Assembly: GCA_964530115.1 (NCBI GenBank)
Contig: CAZGYD010000143.1
Coordinates: forward strand, 46 to 64,045
Origin: an uncultured Rhodocyclaceae bacterium
GTDB lineage: Bacteria; Pseudomonadota; Gammaproteobacteria; Burkholderiales; Rhodocyclaceae
Reading direction: 5' to 3'
DNA length: 64,000 nt
Part shown: positions 1 through 12,224 of the stretch, piece by piece
Layout: every line of letters begins with the position of its first letter
Numbering within the stretch: the stretch's first letter is position 1
Made by a program: the position numbers and the translations under genes
Notes under the pieces: generated by a model
The model's database searches: none
Told to the model about the DNA's origin: nothing
Seen by the model: only the letters and a program-made list of their open reading frames with translations

Positions 1-566
1 CCTTCACCCAGCTCGCCCTTGTCCCCTTCCATGGCCTTCAGCGCCGATCCCTTAGTGCTCTGCAGCTCGTCGCCCGGAAAATCGTACTTCGGCAGCAGCT
101 CCCGAACTTCCATCTCGCCCAGCCCGAGCAGTTCGGCATCGTCCACCATGTCGCAGTTGTTCATGAAGCCGATGATGTAGGGCACCCCCACCTGCCGCGC
201 CAGCAGAATGTGTTCCCGCGTCTGCGGCATCGGGCCGTCCGCCGCCGATACCACCAGAATCGCTCCGTCCATCTGCGCCGCACCCGTGATCATGTTCTTC
301 ACATAGTCAGCATGCCCCGGGCAGTCCACGTGCGCATAGTGACGGTTCGCCGTCTCATACTCCACGTGCGCCGTGTTGATCGTAATGCCCCGCGCCTTCT
401 CCTCCGGCGCCGCATCAATCTGGTCGTAGGCCTTCGCCTCCCCTCCAAACTTCGACGCCAGCACCGTCGTGATCGCCGCCGTCAACGTCGTCTTGCCATG
501 ATCCACGTGCCCAATCGTCCCCACATTCACGTTCGGCTTCGTGCGCTCAAACTTGCCTTTTGCCAT
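1..566 (-). CDS. tuf: Elongation factor Tu, 5' part of gene (continues beyond window start)
   Basis: Reverse complement of 541-566 reads ATGGCAAAAGGCAAGTTTGAGCGCACG (MAKGKFERT), followed by [12 protein letters not shown]. It lies downstream of tRNA-Tyr/Gly/Thr, as in tRNA-tuf operons. It is absent from the ORF track because it runs off the window. Confidence 0.95.
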   Translation of the reverse strand, partial: MAKGKFERTKPNVNVGTIGHVDHGKTTLTAAITTVLASKFGGEAKAYDQIDAAPEEKARGITINTAHVEYETANRHYAHVDCPGHADYVKNMITGAAQMDGAILVVSAADGPMPQTREHILLARQVGVPYIIGFMNNCDMVDDAELLGLGEMEVRELLPKYDFPGDELQSTKGSALKAMEGDKGELGE

Positions 567-607
567 GATCGATACCCCAAATCAAAATTAACTGCTGCCA
601 AAATGCC

Positions 608-682
<75 letters not shown>

Positions 683-695
683 AAAACTCGTCGTA

Positions 696-769
696 TGGAG
701 CGGGTGAAGGGAATCGAACCCTCGTCTTAAGCTTGGAAGGCTTCGGCTCTACCATTGAGCTACACCCGC
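696..769 (-). tRNA. tRNA-Gly (anticodon TCC)
   Basis: Reverse complement is GCGGGTGTAGCTCAATGGTAGAGCCGAAGCCTTCCAAGCTT...GGTTCGATTCCCTTCACCCGCTCCA, with anticodon loop CTTCCAA and a T-arm GGTTCGATTCC. Confidence 0.92.
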
Positions 770-851
770 CCGTGACTCACTCAACCCAACTCAATCCAAC
801 TCGTCACCCCCTGCGGCCTCCGAAAAGACCACAGTCCTGCACGACCGAAAT

Positions 852-938
<87 letters not shown>

Positions 939-951
939 AGCGAAACGGCGC

Positions 952-980
952 ATTATGTTCCCGAGACGATTCTCTGTCAA
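952..980 (-). promoter_or_regulatory. Putative sigma70 promoter of the tRNA-Tyr/Gly/Thr-tuf operon
   Basis: The minus strand reads TTGACA (975-980), a 17-nt spacer, then CATAAT (952-957), followed by a GC-rich discriminator GCGCC. It lies about 14 nt upstream of the tRNA-Tyr 5' end. Confidence 0.55.
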
Positions 981-1138
981 TAACTCCCAAGGAATCTCTT
1001 GAGAGCCGTTGCGAGCAGCCCCGGGCGCAAGGAGCCGCGCAGCGAGCGACGAGACATATCAAGAAGATAGGCGAGGAGCGAGCGAGCACGCGACACGGCG
1101 AACGGGGCGCGCAGCAGGTTATTCAGAGGTTCCTTCAA

Positions 1139-1981
1139 TCAGGAAAAGTGCGGGTGGTTGTCGAGTCCCCGGGCCACGAAACCGCGCATGTTCGCAGGCA
1201 GGGCACGCAGCGCTTCCTCGGCGTCGGCTGGCGATCCGAACTCGGCAATGCAGCAGGCGCCGGAACCGGTCATGGCCGCCATTCGTGCGGCACCAAGCTT
1301 CTTCAGCCAATCGAGATGCCGTGCGATTTCCGGGAACAGCCGGCAGGCCACGGGCTCCAGGTCATTGCCGCCCATGCCCGGCCGCCAGTCGGCCGGGCGG
1401 ATTTCCGGCGTATTCCGCCGAAGATCGGGGGCTGAAAAAATCGTTGCCGTCGGGACCGAGACGGGGGGCACCGTCACGAGGTACCAGGCAGGCGGCAGCG
1501 CAACGTCGGTGAATCGCTCGCCCACGCCCTCGGCAAAGCAGGCCCGGCCATGCACGAACACCGGCACGTCCGCACCCAGGCCAAGCGCGATCTCCTGAAG
1601 GCGTTGTCGAGACATGCCACAGTTCCAGAGCTCGTTCAACGCGATGAGCGACGTCGCGGCATCGGAACTGCCACCACCGAGGCCCCCGCCGATGGGCAGA
1701 TTCTTCGTCAGATGGATCGTCACTCCGACATCGATCCCGGCCACCTCACGCAGCCGATGGGTTGCACGAACCGTGAGGTCCGATTCTGCTGGTACGCCGG
1801 GTAACGGCGTGGCGAGCACGATCCGTCCGTCCGAACGCGGCGAGAACCGCAGTTCGTCCCCGTAATCGAGAAAGCGAAACACCGTTTGCAAGAAATGGTA
1901 GCCGTCGGCACGCCGCCCGATGACATGCAGAAAGAGATTGATCTTCGCCGGCGCCAGCCAGACGCGTTCCCAGGGGTTCAT
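1139..1981 (-). CDS. ispE: 4-diphosphocytidyl-2-C-methyl-D-erythritol kinase
   Basis: The ORF translation MNPWERVWLAPAKINLFLHVIGRRADGYH...GGGLGGGSSDAA carries the GHMP kinase motif. The ATG at 1981 overlaps the lolB stop (ATGA). lolB-ispE synteny is conserved. Confidence 0.9.
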   Translation of the reverse strand: MNPWERVWLAPAKINLFLHVIGRRADGYHFLQTVFRFLDYGDELRFSPRSDGRIVLATPLPGVPAESDLTVRATHRLREVAGIDVGVTIHLTKNLPIGGGLGGGSSDAATSLIALNELWNCGMSRQRLQEIALGLGADVPVFVHGRACFAEGVGERFTDVALPPAWYLVTVPPVSVPTATIFSAPDLRRNTPEIRPADWRPGMGGNDLEPVACRLFPEIARHLDWLKKLGAARMAAMTGSGACCIAEFGSPADAEEALRALPANMRGFVARGLDNHPHFS

Positions 1982-2463
1982 CGTGCCGTGATCCATTCAT
2001 CGATTTTCAGGCGCACGGTGATGTCGCCCCGTCCGGCCTCGATGAGCACCGGCAACGCATCGGGCGCGGCGCTCTGGTAGTCGAGATACTCGACCCGCCA
2101 GCCCGAGGCCGCCGGCGGCGGATGCCCGGTAATCCAGGACGGCAGGTCGTCGAGCGGCAGACGGGAGCCGAACAGGCGCTCGGACAGTTCCCCCCAGTCC
2201 CGCGCACGCTCCTCCCGCTGGTCGGCGGTGATCAGTCGTGCGCCAGACGAGTCGCGCCGAAGCTCGGCGAGCCCCTGGCCGAGCGGCGTCTTCAGCAACA
2301 CCTCCTCGGCTCCGGCGGCATGGCGCCAGACGAAACCGGCGAGATGCCGTTCGTCGCCGATGCGGATCGATAGCCGCCCTTCCATTTCGAATTCGGTCAG
2401 CGTGCGCGGCGTCCTGACGATATCCGTCCTTGGTGTCACGCCGGCGCAGGCAGCGAGCAGCAC
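1978..2463 (-). CDS. lolB: Outer-membrane lipoprotein LolB (5' end uncertain)
   Basis: The product is LolB-sized and sits immediately upstream of ispE. The lipobox LLAAC is at the listed N-terminus, so the true start must lie a few codons upstream, in the reading KLPAVRIALPVLAV. Confidence 0.65.
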   Translation of the reverse strand: MLLAACAGVTPRTDIVRTPRTLTEFEMEGRLSIRIGDERHLAGFVWRHAAGAEEVLLKTPLGQGLAELRRDSSGARLITADQREERARDWGELSERLFGSRLPLDDLPSWITGHPPPAASGWRVEYLDYQSAAPDALPVLIEAGRGDITVRLKIDEWITAR

Positions 2464-2501
2464 GGCCAGAACGGGAAGCGCGATGCGTACTGCCGGAAGC
2501 T

Positions 2502-4217
2502 TCAGGGCAGGAACCTCTTGACCGTTCCGACGAGCGTCTCATTGTCGGGATACGCCTTCATGGCATCGCGCCAGGTCTTTTCCGCTTCGTCGCGACGCCC
2601 GAGCGCCCAGAGGACCTCGCCGATGTGCGCGGCGATTTCGGGGTCGGCTCGCAGCGAGAACGCCCTGTTGAGGACGTCGAGCGCGCCGTTGGCATCGCCC
2701 CGCCGGAACATTACCCAGCCCTTGCTGTCGAGAATGAAGGGATCACCCGGCGCGAGCTCGAGGGCCTTGTCGATCAGCCGCTGCGCCTCCTCGAGACGTT
2801 CGTTGCGGTCCGCGAGCGAGTAGCCGAGCGCATTGTAGGCATGGGCATGATTGGGTTTGATCGCGATCAGCCTGCGCAGATTGCTTTCCATGACATCGAG
2901 CTTGCCGAGCTTCTCCGCCATCAGGGCCGCTTCGTAGAGCAGCTCGGGCTGGTCCGGATGGCTGATCAACCCCGCAGCCAGAACGGCGTAGGCTTCCTGG
3001 GTCTGCTGCGCTTCGCGCAACAGCTGCGCTTCGGCGATGAGGAGCTGTGCCCGCTCGTGGCTGTCGAGCGCCACGCTCTCGTGGAGCACCTGCCGCGCGG
3101 CGGCCATTTCGCCCTGCTGGACGAGGGCCTTCGCCATGCGCATGCGCGCCGGGAGGTACTGCGCTCCGGCCGTGACCTCGCCGTAACGGCGGACGGCCTC
3201 GACCCACTGTTTGCGGTCTTCCGCGATCTGGCCGAGATAGAGCCGGGCGTTGTTGGCCTCGGCATGATCCATTCCGACGAGGCGGCCGAACTGCCGCTCG
3301 GCCTCGTCGATGTCCCCCGACTGCAACGAGAGCAGACCGACGGCATAGATCAGGTCGCCGTTGTCGGGCTTGTCGGCAAGCAGCCGGCGGAACTCCCGAC
3401 GAGCGTCGTCGAACCGTTTCTCGTTGATCAGGCTGCGGGCATAGGCGACGCGGGCCTCGTGAGCGCCCGGGTTCGCCTCGACGAAGCGGCCGAGAAACTT
3501 CGTCGCCTCCGATGGATCTGGGGTCATTTGCGCCCTCAACAGCGCCGCCTGCTCCCAGTCCGGCCGCAATGCGATGGCGCGGTCGAGCTCGGCCAGCGCG
3601 GTCGCCGAATCGCGGGCGTTGTGGGCCGCCTGGGAGCGCGCGAAGTGCGCTTCCGAGAGCGACAGGTAGGGTTCGGTGAGACTGTCGACGAGCCGCTGCA
3701 CAACCTTCTTGTCGGGGTTTCGGGCGAGATAGCGGTTGAGCTGCATGAGCAGCGGGCCGACGTTATCGCCCGCGGCGGCGAGCTCCTGGGTAAGCTGTTC
3801 CGTGAGTTCCGCCGTCTGGTTCGTCGCCGCGAGCAGGCCGATCAGCATCTGCCGCGCCGAAGACGAGTTCGGCTCGATCGAAAGCCACAGGCGGGTCGAT
3901 TCGAGCGCCAGCTCGTAACGGCGCGCGAAGATGGCGATCTCGGCGGCCCGCCGTGCCACCCTCGGATCGCGCGTGGTCCTGGCCAGATCCGCGTAGGATT
4001 CCGCCGAGAAAACCGTCTGCCCGCGCGCGCCGGCGATCTCGGCGAGAAGCAGCTGGTAAAGGAGCTGCGGCGTGAGTTCGCGCCTGGGCAGGTTGGAGAA
4101 TTCCGTGGCCGAGGCCGCGCCTGCTTCGCCGTGGACCGCCGCGGGGCCTGGCTCCTCCCCTGCCTGGACGGCGAATGCGCAAGCGGAAAGCAGTGCGGGA
4201 AGGATGCGGTGTTTCAT
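2502..4217 (-). CDS. Tetratricopeptide-repeat protein with signal peptide
   Basis: The ORF 2502..4256 has a likely start MKHRILPALLSACAFA at 4217. Repeated A/L/Y-rich TPR-like helices are present. It sits upstream of lolB, as in many proteobacteria. Confidence 0.7.
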   Translation of the reverse strand: MKHRILPALLSACAFAVQAGEEPGPAAVHGEAGAASATEFSNLPRRELTPQLLYQLLLAEIAGARGQTVFSAESYADLARTTRDPRVARRAAEIAIFARRYELALESTRLWLSIEPNSSSARQMLIGLLAATNQTAELTEQLTQELAAAGDNVGPLLMQLNRYLARNPDKKVVQRLVDSLTEPYLSLSEAHFARSQAAHNARDSATALAELDRAIALRPDWEQAALLRAQMTPDPSEATKFLGRFVEANPGAHEARVAYARSLINEKRFDDARREFRRLLADKPDNGDLIYAVGLLSLQSGDIDEAERQFGRLVGMDHAEANNARLYLGQIAEDRKQWVEAVRRYGEVTAGAQYLPARMRMAKALVQQGEMAAARQVLHESVALDSHERAQLLIAEAQLLREAQQTQEAYAVLAAGLISHPDQPELLYEAALMAEKLGKLDVMESNLRRLIAIKPNHAHAYNALGYSLADRNERLEEAQRLIDKALELAPGDPFILDSKGWVMFRRGDANGALDVLNRAFSLRADPEIAAHIGEVLWALGRRDEAEKTWRDAMKAYPDNETLVGTVKRFLP

Positions 4218-4312
4218 CGGGGATCGCTTGAGTCCTGAAGATGGTCGGCAGCGCACTACAATAGCCGCGACAGCCGGCCGATGTTAGCAGTTTCACTCCG
4301 CGAAAGGCAGCC

Positions 4313-5125
4313 ATGCCCGAACTCCCCGAAGTCGAAGTGACGCGCAAGGGACTCGCCAGCCGCCTCACTGGGCGCCGGGTCGTCGCGGTGACGTCGCGTG
4401 TCCGGGCGCTGCGTTATCCGTTGCCGCCGGATCTGCCGCGGCGGCTCCGCGGCCAGACGCTCGCCGGCATCGGCCGGCGCGGCAAGTATCTGCTTTTCGA
4501 TTTCGGGCACGGTCATCTGCTCATCCATCTGGGCATGTCGGGTAGCCTCCGGCTCATCTCGCCAGGCGAGGATCCCGGCAGGCACGATCACTTCGACCTC
4601 GATTTCGGCGACCGGGTTCTCCGTCTGCGCGACCCGCGCCGCTTCGGCGCGGTGCTCTGGATCGACGGCGACCCCGCCGCCCACCCGCTGCTCTCGCGGC
4701 TGGGCGTGGAGCCGCTGTCGGGGGCCTTCGACGCCGCTTTTCTAAACTCAGCCATGGTAGGACGCCGGCAGGCGATCAAACCGGCGATCATGGATGCCGC
4801 CATCGTCGTCGGCGTGGGCAACATCTATGCCGCGGAAAGCCTCTTCCGGGCCGGCATCGATCCACGTCGACCGGCCGGCAGCATCGCCGCGCACCGCCTG
4901 GCGCAGTTGGTGCCGGCGATCAAGGCGACCCTGCGCGCCGCGATCCGCGCCGGTGGCAGCAGCTTGCGCGACTATGTCGGCTCGGACGGCGCCTGCGGCG
5001 ACTTCCAGTTCCGTCACCGTGTCTATGGCCGCGCCGGCGAACCCTGCTTCGCCTGTGGCACGCCTATCCGCCTGATCCGCCAGAACAACCGGGCCACGTA
5101 CTATTGCCCGCGCTGCCAGCGCTGA
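4313..5125 (+). CDS. mutM: Formamidopyrimidine-DNA glycosylase
   Basis: The N-terminus MPELPEVEV is the catalytic Pro2/Glu3 motif. The C-terminal zinc finger CFACGTPI...YYCPRCQ is present. Length is 270 aa. Confidence 0.93.
   Translation: MPELPEVEVTRKGLASRLTGRRVVAVTSRVRALRYPLPPDLPRRLRGQTLAGIGRRGKYLLFDFGHGHLLIHLGMSGSLRLISPGEDPGRHDHFDLDFGDRVLRLRDPRRFGAVLWIDGDPAAHPLLSRLGVEPLSGAFDAAFLNSAMVGRRQAIKPAIMDAAIVVGVGNIYAAESLFRAGIDPRRPAGSIAAHRLAQLVPAIKATLRAAIRAGGSSLRDYVGSDGACGDFQFRHRVYGRAGEPCFACGTPIRLIRQNNRATYYCPRCQR
4744..4766 (-). repeat. 23-nt dispersed motif copy (degenerate, 20/23)
   Basis: The plus strand reads AAACTCAGCCATGGTAGGACGCC. It lies inside mutM and encodes LNSAMVGR. Confidence 0.6.
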
Positions 5126-5131
5126 ACGCCC

Positions 5132-7066
5132 ATGTCCCTCACGACCCATTTCGAAACCTACCGTACCTGGCGCGAGGGCGTGGCCGCCGCGACACTGCGT
5201 CTTCAGCGCTGGCTTGCCGACAACGATCTCCTGGGTGGCGACGCCGAAGACCGTTTCCATCACCTCCGCGAACGGCTCGCCGAAGACCGGCTCGTCGTCG
5301 CCTTCGTCGCCGAGTTTTCGCGCGGCAAGTCCGAACTCATCAACGCGCTCTTCTTCGCCGACCGGGGCGGCCGCGTGCTGCCCTCTTCGGCCGGCCGCAC
5401 GACCATGTGCCCCACGGAAATCGCCTGGCGGCGCGGCGCCACGCCGAAGATCTCCCTGTTGCCGATCGAGACGCGCGCCGAGGGGACCGGCATCGCCGAG
5501 TTGCGCGGCATGCCGGAGGCATGGATCGATTTCCCGTTCGATCCGGGCGCCCGGGAGGACGTGGTCGCGCTGCTTGGCCGTATCGGCGAGGTCAAGCGCA
5601 TCCCTGCGGAGGCCGCCGCGCGGCTCGGTTTCGCGGTCGGCGACGGCACGGGCGGCAGCCTCGTCGCCGATGCCGACGGCCGGGTCGAGGTGCCGCGCTG
5701 GCGGCATGCGCTGATCCACTTTCCCCATCCGCTGCTCGAGCAGGGGCTCGTCATCCTCGACACGCCCGGCCTCAATGCCATTGGTGCCGAGCCGGAACTG
5801 ACGCTCTCGCTATTGCCCAATGCCCATGCCGTGCTCTTCGTGCTCGCCGCCGACACCGGCGTCACGGAATCCGACCTCACCATCTGGCGCGAGCATGTCG
5901 GCAACGGCGCCGGCCGCCTCGCGGTGCTCAACAAGATCGACGGCCTGTGGGACGAACTGCGGCCGCAGGCCGACGTCGACGCGGAAATCGCCCGACAGGT
6001 GCGTTCGTGCGCGAACATCCTAGGCCTGCCGCCCGAGAGCGTCTTCCCGGTTTCGGCCCGCAAGGCGCTGGTGGCCAAGGTCGGCGGCGACGCGGCGCTG
6101 CTGGCGAAGAGCCGGCTGCCGATACTTGAGGAGGCCCTGGCGCGCGATCTCCTGCCCGCCAGGCGCGAAATCGTCGCCCGGAGCACCGCGGACGAGGCGC
6201 TCAGGTTGGCTGCCGAGGCCCGCGAGCTGCTCCTGACGAAGGAAGCCTCGCTCCGGCGGGAGCTTTCCGAACTGATGGCGCTAAGGGGCAAGAACGAGAG
6301 CATCGTCGCCCAGGCCATCATGAAGGCCAAGACGGAAAAGGATGCCTACGAAAAAGGGCTGCGGGAGTTCCATGCGACCCGCAGCGTGTTTGGGCAGCTC
6401 TCCGAGACCCTTTACGCGCACCTGAGCCTCTCGGCGCTGCGCGTCGAGGTCAGACGGACGAGGGAAGCGATGCGTGATGCGCGCTTCACGCCGCAGCTGC
6501 TCGCAGCGATGGCCGGCCTTTTCGCCGGCGCGCGGGAGAGACTGGCCGCCGCTGAGACGACGGTCACCGAGATTTCGGCGATGATGGCCGCGATGCGCGA
6601 GCGCTTCGGCGCCATGCACGGCATCGCCCTGGAAGCGCCGCCCGCCCATTCGCTCGCCGACCGCAGGCGCCAGATCGACGAACTCGAGGCCCGCGCCCGC
6701 AGCCGTTTCGGCGGCTTCCTCGGCCTGCTCACGCGCGACAAGCAGACGATCACGCGGCAGTTCTTCGAGTCTGTCGCCTCACAACTCCGGCGGGTCTTCG
6801 ATCATGCCAACCGCGACGCGGAGCGCTGGCTGCGCGCGCTGATGTCGCCGCTGGAAAACCAGATCCGCGAAGTCCATCGGCAGCTCCGGCACCGCCTCGA
6901 CGGCGTCAAACGGATCCATGACGCGGCCGGCGAGCTCGAAGAGCGGATCGACGAGCTCTCCCGGGAACGGCAGCTGGTGGAAGACCGCCTGCGGCGGCTC
7001 GCCTTGATCGCCGCCGATCTCGAGGCGGCAATCGGGCGGGAAACGGCCAGAGAGAACGCTGAATAG
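5132..7066 (+). CDS. Dynamin-family GTPase (bacterial dynamin-like protein)
   Basis: The 644-aa product has a P-loop-like FSRGKSELINALF and a DTPGLNA (G3) motif. A long coiled-coil-like C-terminal half is rich in E/R/L/A. Confidence 0.7.
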   Translation: MSLTTHFETYRTWREGVAAATLRLQRWLADNDLLGGDAEDRFHHLRERLAEDRLVVAFVAEFSRGKSELINALFFADRGGRVLPSSAGRTTMCPTEIAWRRGATPKISLLPIETRAEGTGIAELRGMPEAWIDFPFDPGAREDVVALLGRIGEVKRIPAEAAARLGFAVGDGTGGSLVADADGRVEVPRWRHALIHFPHPLLEQGLVILDTPGLNAIGAEPELTLSLLPNAHAVLFVLAADTGVTESDLTIWREHVGNGAGRLAVLNKIDGLWDELRPQADVDAEIARQVRSCANILGLPPESVFPVSARKALVAKVGGDAALLAKSRLPILEEALARDLLPARREIVARSTADEALRLAAEARELLLTKEASLRRELSELMALRGKNESIVAQAIMKAKTEKDAYEKGLREFHATRSVFGQLSETLYAHLSLSALRVEVRRTREAMRDARFTPQLLAAMAGLFAGARERLAAAETTVTEISAMMAAMRERFGAMHGIALEAPPAHSLADRRRQIDELEARARSRFGGFLGLLTRDKQTITRQFFESVASQLRRVFDHANRDAERWLRALMSPLENQIREVHRQLRHRLDGVKRIHDAAGELEERIDELSRERQLVEDRLRRLALIAADLEAAIGRETARENAE

Positions 7067-7102
7067 ATCGCTGCGCGCTTCGCTCGCGGCGTCGTGCGGG
7101 AC

Positions 7103-7360
<258 letters not shown>

Positions 7361-7381
7361 TTACCTTTCTGGAAAACGCCT

Positions 7382-8405
<1,024 letters not shown>

Positions 8406-8406
<1 letters not shown>

Positions 8407-9692
8407 CAGTCGGCGGCGACGATCACCGTCACGAGATGTTCCGCCCGGACGTGACGCGCGAACGCCTCGCGGACATCCTTCGCGGTGACCGCGGCGATGC
8501 GTTTCGGAAAGTCGTCGAGATAAGTGAGCGGCAGGCCGTAGAAGCCGATCGTCGACACGTGGCCGAGCAGCTTGGCGTTGCTGTCGATGCGCAGGGCCAG
8601 CCCGTCGATCAGGTTCTTCTTCGCGGCCGTCAGTTCGGCCGCCGTCGGCCCCGTGCGGATGAAGTCTTCGAGGACCTCGCGGGCGAGCTTGAGCGCCTCG
8701 CCGGCCTGTTCGCGCTTCGTCTGCAGGCCGATCTCGAACGGCCCTTCGAGCCGCTTGGGCGCGAAGTAAGAATAGACGCTGTAGGCATAGCCCCGCTTCT
8801 CGCGCACTTCCTTCATCAGCCGCGAGACGAAGCCGCCGCCGCCCAGCGTGTAATTGCCGACGAGCAGCGCGAAGTAGTCCGGGTCGCCGCGCCTCACCGC
8901 CGGCAGGCCGATGTGGATGTGGCTCTGCGTCGCCGGATGGTCGACCTTGACCGTTTCCGCCTTCGGCAGTGTCACGGCCGGCAGCGGCGATGCGGCCGCA
9001 CCCGGCGGCAGGGCTTCGGTCAGGCGCTGGGCGACGCGCTCGGCCTCGTCGCGCGTCAGGTCGCCGACGATGGCCACCGTCGCCCGGTTCGCCGCGTAGT
9101 GGTCGCGGTGGAAGGCGATGAGGTCGTCACGCGTGATGCTTTCGACCGTCTCGACCGTGGCGACCGTACCGTAAGGATGGCCCGGATAGATCGCCGCCGA
9201 GAAGCGCTTCGCGGCGATCGCGTCGGGCCGGGTGTCGGCCTCGCGGATCGCGGCGATGGAGCGCGCCTTCTCACGGGCGAGCACGGCCTCGGGAAACGTC
9301 GGCCGCGAAGTCACGAGCCGAAGGAGATCGAGCGCAGCATCCCGCTCCTTCGGATAGGACAGCGTTCGCAGCGTGACGGACGCGCGGTCGTCGTCGGCCG
9401 AGCCGCCCAACTTCGCGCCGATGTCGGAGAGCCGCGCCGAAATGGCCTCCTCGTCGAGATCGCCGGCGCCGGCGTCGAGCATCGAGCGCGTCAGCCCGGC
9501 GAGGCCGGCCTTGCCGGCCGGTACGCGGACCCCGCCGGCATCGAAGCTCAGGTCGATGTCGATGATCGGCAGATCATGGGTTTCGACGAAATAGACTCTC
9601 GCCCCCGAGGGCGCGACCCAGTGCTGGATCTTCACGCCCGCGTGGGCCGCGAAGGAGATGGCCCAGACGAGCACGGCAAGCAGTGTTTTCAT
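8406..9692 (-). CDS. M16-family peptidase, non-catalytic partner, secreted
   Basis: The 428-aa product has a signal peptide MKTLLAVLVWAISFAAHA and pitrilysin-like domains but no HxxEH motif. It is paired with the upstream M16 gene. Confidence 0.75.
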
Positions 9693-9705
9693 GTTTTCTT
9701 CTTCC

Positions 9706-11082
9706 TCAGTGGCGTGTTACCACGGCTGAGTTTCGCGGCTGCCGCGCTTTCGCCTGTTCGAGTGGCAACGGGTCGAGCACGGCGACGGTCAGGCGGTCGT
9801 CGCTTTCCTCGCCGAAGTATTTCCTGGCCACGGCCTGCACTTCCGCGGCGGTCACCGAGCGCAGCTTGTCGAGCAGCTTGTCGTAATCGCGCCAGTGGAA
9901 GCCGGCAGCCTCGAAGCCGCCGATCTCCATGGCCTGCGCCATCATCGAGTCGCGCTTGTAGACCTGGCTGGCGACGATCTGGGTCTTGATGCGCGCGAGC
10001 TCCTCTTCCTGCACGCCCTCGTCGCGGATGCGCGCGAGCTCCGCGCGAAGCGCCGCTTCGAGTTCCGCCACCGTGTGGCCCTCGGCGGGCTGGCCGACGA
10101 GCAGGAACATGGCCTCGCCTCGCACCGTGCCGTCGTAGCCGGCGCCGACCGACTGGGCGATCCTGCTGCCGCGGACGAGATGCTTGGGCAGCCGCGCCGA
10201 ATCGGTGCCGTCGAGCACCCCGGCGAGCACCTCGAGGGCATAGATCTCCCGATCGCCATCGACATCGCGCAGTTTTGGCATCTTCCAGGCCATCGCCAGG
10301 TAAGGCAGCTTCGCGGGCGCCTTGACCGTCACGCGCTTGATGCCCCGTTGCTCCGGCTCGTTCTGAGGCTTGCGCTCGGGCAGCGGCCTCGCCTTGACAC
10401 GCCCGTAGGTGCGTTCGGCATCGCGGAACACCTGCCGGTGATCGACATCGCCGACGACGATCAGGTAGGCATTGTTCGGTGCGTACCAGCGGCGGTACCA
10501 GTCCATCGCGTCCTGCCAGGTCATGTGCTCGAGATCGTCCATCCAGCCGATGATCGGCCGGCGGTACGGATGGGCACGGAAGGCCGCTGCGTTGAGCGCC
10601 TCGTGCACCAGCGCCTGCGGATTGTCCTCGGTGCGCATGCGCCGTTCTTCCATGACCACCTTGATCTCGGAGGCGAAGTCTTCCGGCTTGAACGCGAGGT
10701 TCGCCATGCGGTCGGCCTCGAGCGCCATCATCCGCGGCAGCGCCGCCTTCGGCACGATCTGGAAATAGGCCGTGTAGTCGAGGCTCGTGAAGGCATTGTC
10801 GCGGCCGCCGGCCTCGGCGACGACGCGGTTGAACTCGCCGGCCTTCACCGTCTTCGTGCCCTTGAACATCATGTGCTCGAGCACATGGGCGACGCCGGAG
10901 GTGCCGTCCTTCTCGTCCATGGCGCCGGCACGGTACCAGACCATATGGACGGCCGTGGGCGCGCGCCGGTCTTCCTTGACGATCACGCGCATGCCGTTCG
11001 CCAGTTGTTTTTCGTAGGGGTTGGCCAGCAGGCTGCCCGGCACGAGCAAGGCAGCCAGGATCAGGGCTTTTCGCATGTCCAT
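9706..11082 (-). CDS. M16-family zinc peptidase (HxxEH), secreted
   Basis: The start MDMRKALILAALLVPGSLLA is at 11082, and the zinc motif HVLEHMMFKG is present. The listed 766-aa ORF is an artefactual extension antisense to ftsY. The C-terminal 9 codons are encoded by a copy of the 23-nt motif. Confidence 0.85.
   Translation of the reverse strand: MDMRKALILAALLVPGSLLANPYEKQLANGMRVIVKEDRRAPTAVHMVWYRAGAMDEKDGTSGVAHVLEHMMFKGTKTVKAGEFNRVVAEAGGRDNAFTSLDYTAYFQIVPKAALPRMMALEADRMANLAFKPEDFASEIKVVMEERRMRTEDNPQALVHEALNAAAFRAHPYRRPIIGWMDDLEHMTWQDAMDWYRRWYAPNNAYLIVVGDVDHRQVFRDAERTYGRVKARPLPERKPQNEPEQRGIKRVTVKAPAKLPYLAMAWKMPKLRDVDGDREIYALEVLAGVLDGTDSARLPKHLVRGSRIAQSVGAGYDGTVRGEAMFLLVGQPAEGHTVAELEAALRAELARIRDEGVQEEELARIKTQIVASQVYKRDSMMAQAMEIGGFEAAGFHWRDYDKLLDKLRSVTAAEVQAVARKYFGEESDDRLTVAVLDPLPLEQAKARQPRNSAVVTRH
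9711..9733 (+). repeat. 23-nt dispersed motif copy (consensus)
   Basis: GGCGTGTTACCACGGCTGAGTTT. On the minus strand it encodes the last residues, RNSAVVTRH-stop, of the M16 peptidase. Confidence 0.95.
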
Positions 11083-11152
11083 GTAAGCGCTTCTGTTAGA
11101 ATGGTTTTTTGCCGGTGATGATAACCCGGCGCTGCTTCTGACCGCCATCCTC

Positions 11153-12115
<963 letters not shown>

Positions 12116-12224
12116 CCCGCCGCCGGGCCGCCCCAAGGCGGGGCCAGCCAACGACCGGGAGCCGCGCAGCGGCGAACAACCGTCACCCCCTTCCCCGGGA
12201 AGGGGGATGGGGGGAAGGGTCTGC

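Noticed and set aside
2430-4238. Long antisense and alternative-frame ORFs, including 2430..4238+, 15405..17747+, 20779..22146+, 24842..26860+, 43871..46654+ and 58871..60769-
   Set aside because: Their translations are Arg/Ala/Gly/Pro-rich with no motifs. Each lies exactly opposite a well-supported gene (TPR protein, TonB-dependent receptors, PhoX-like, nirB, accC). This is typical of stop-codon-poor high-GC DNA.
12183-12207. A strong GC hairpin, CCCCCTTCC..GGAAGGGGG, between ftsY and ftsE, with a loosely similar purine-rich segment at 31375-31410
   Set aside because: No U-tract follows, and ftsYEX is normally co-transcribed. The two segments are not clearly homologous. It is probably an incidental structure.
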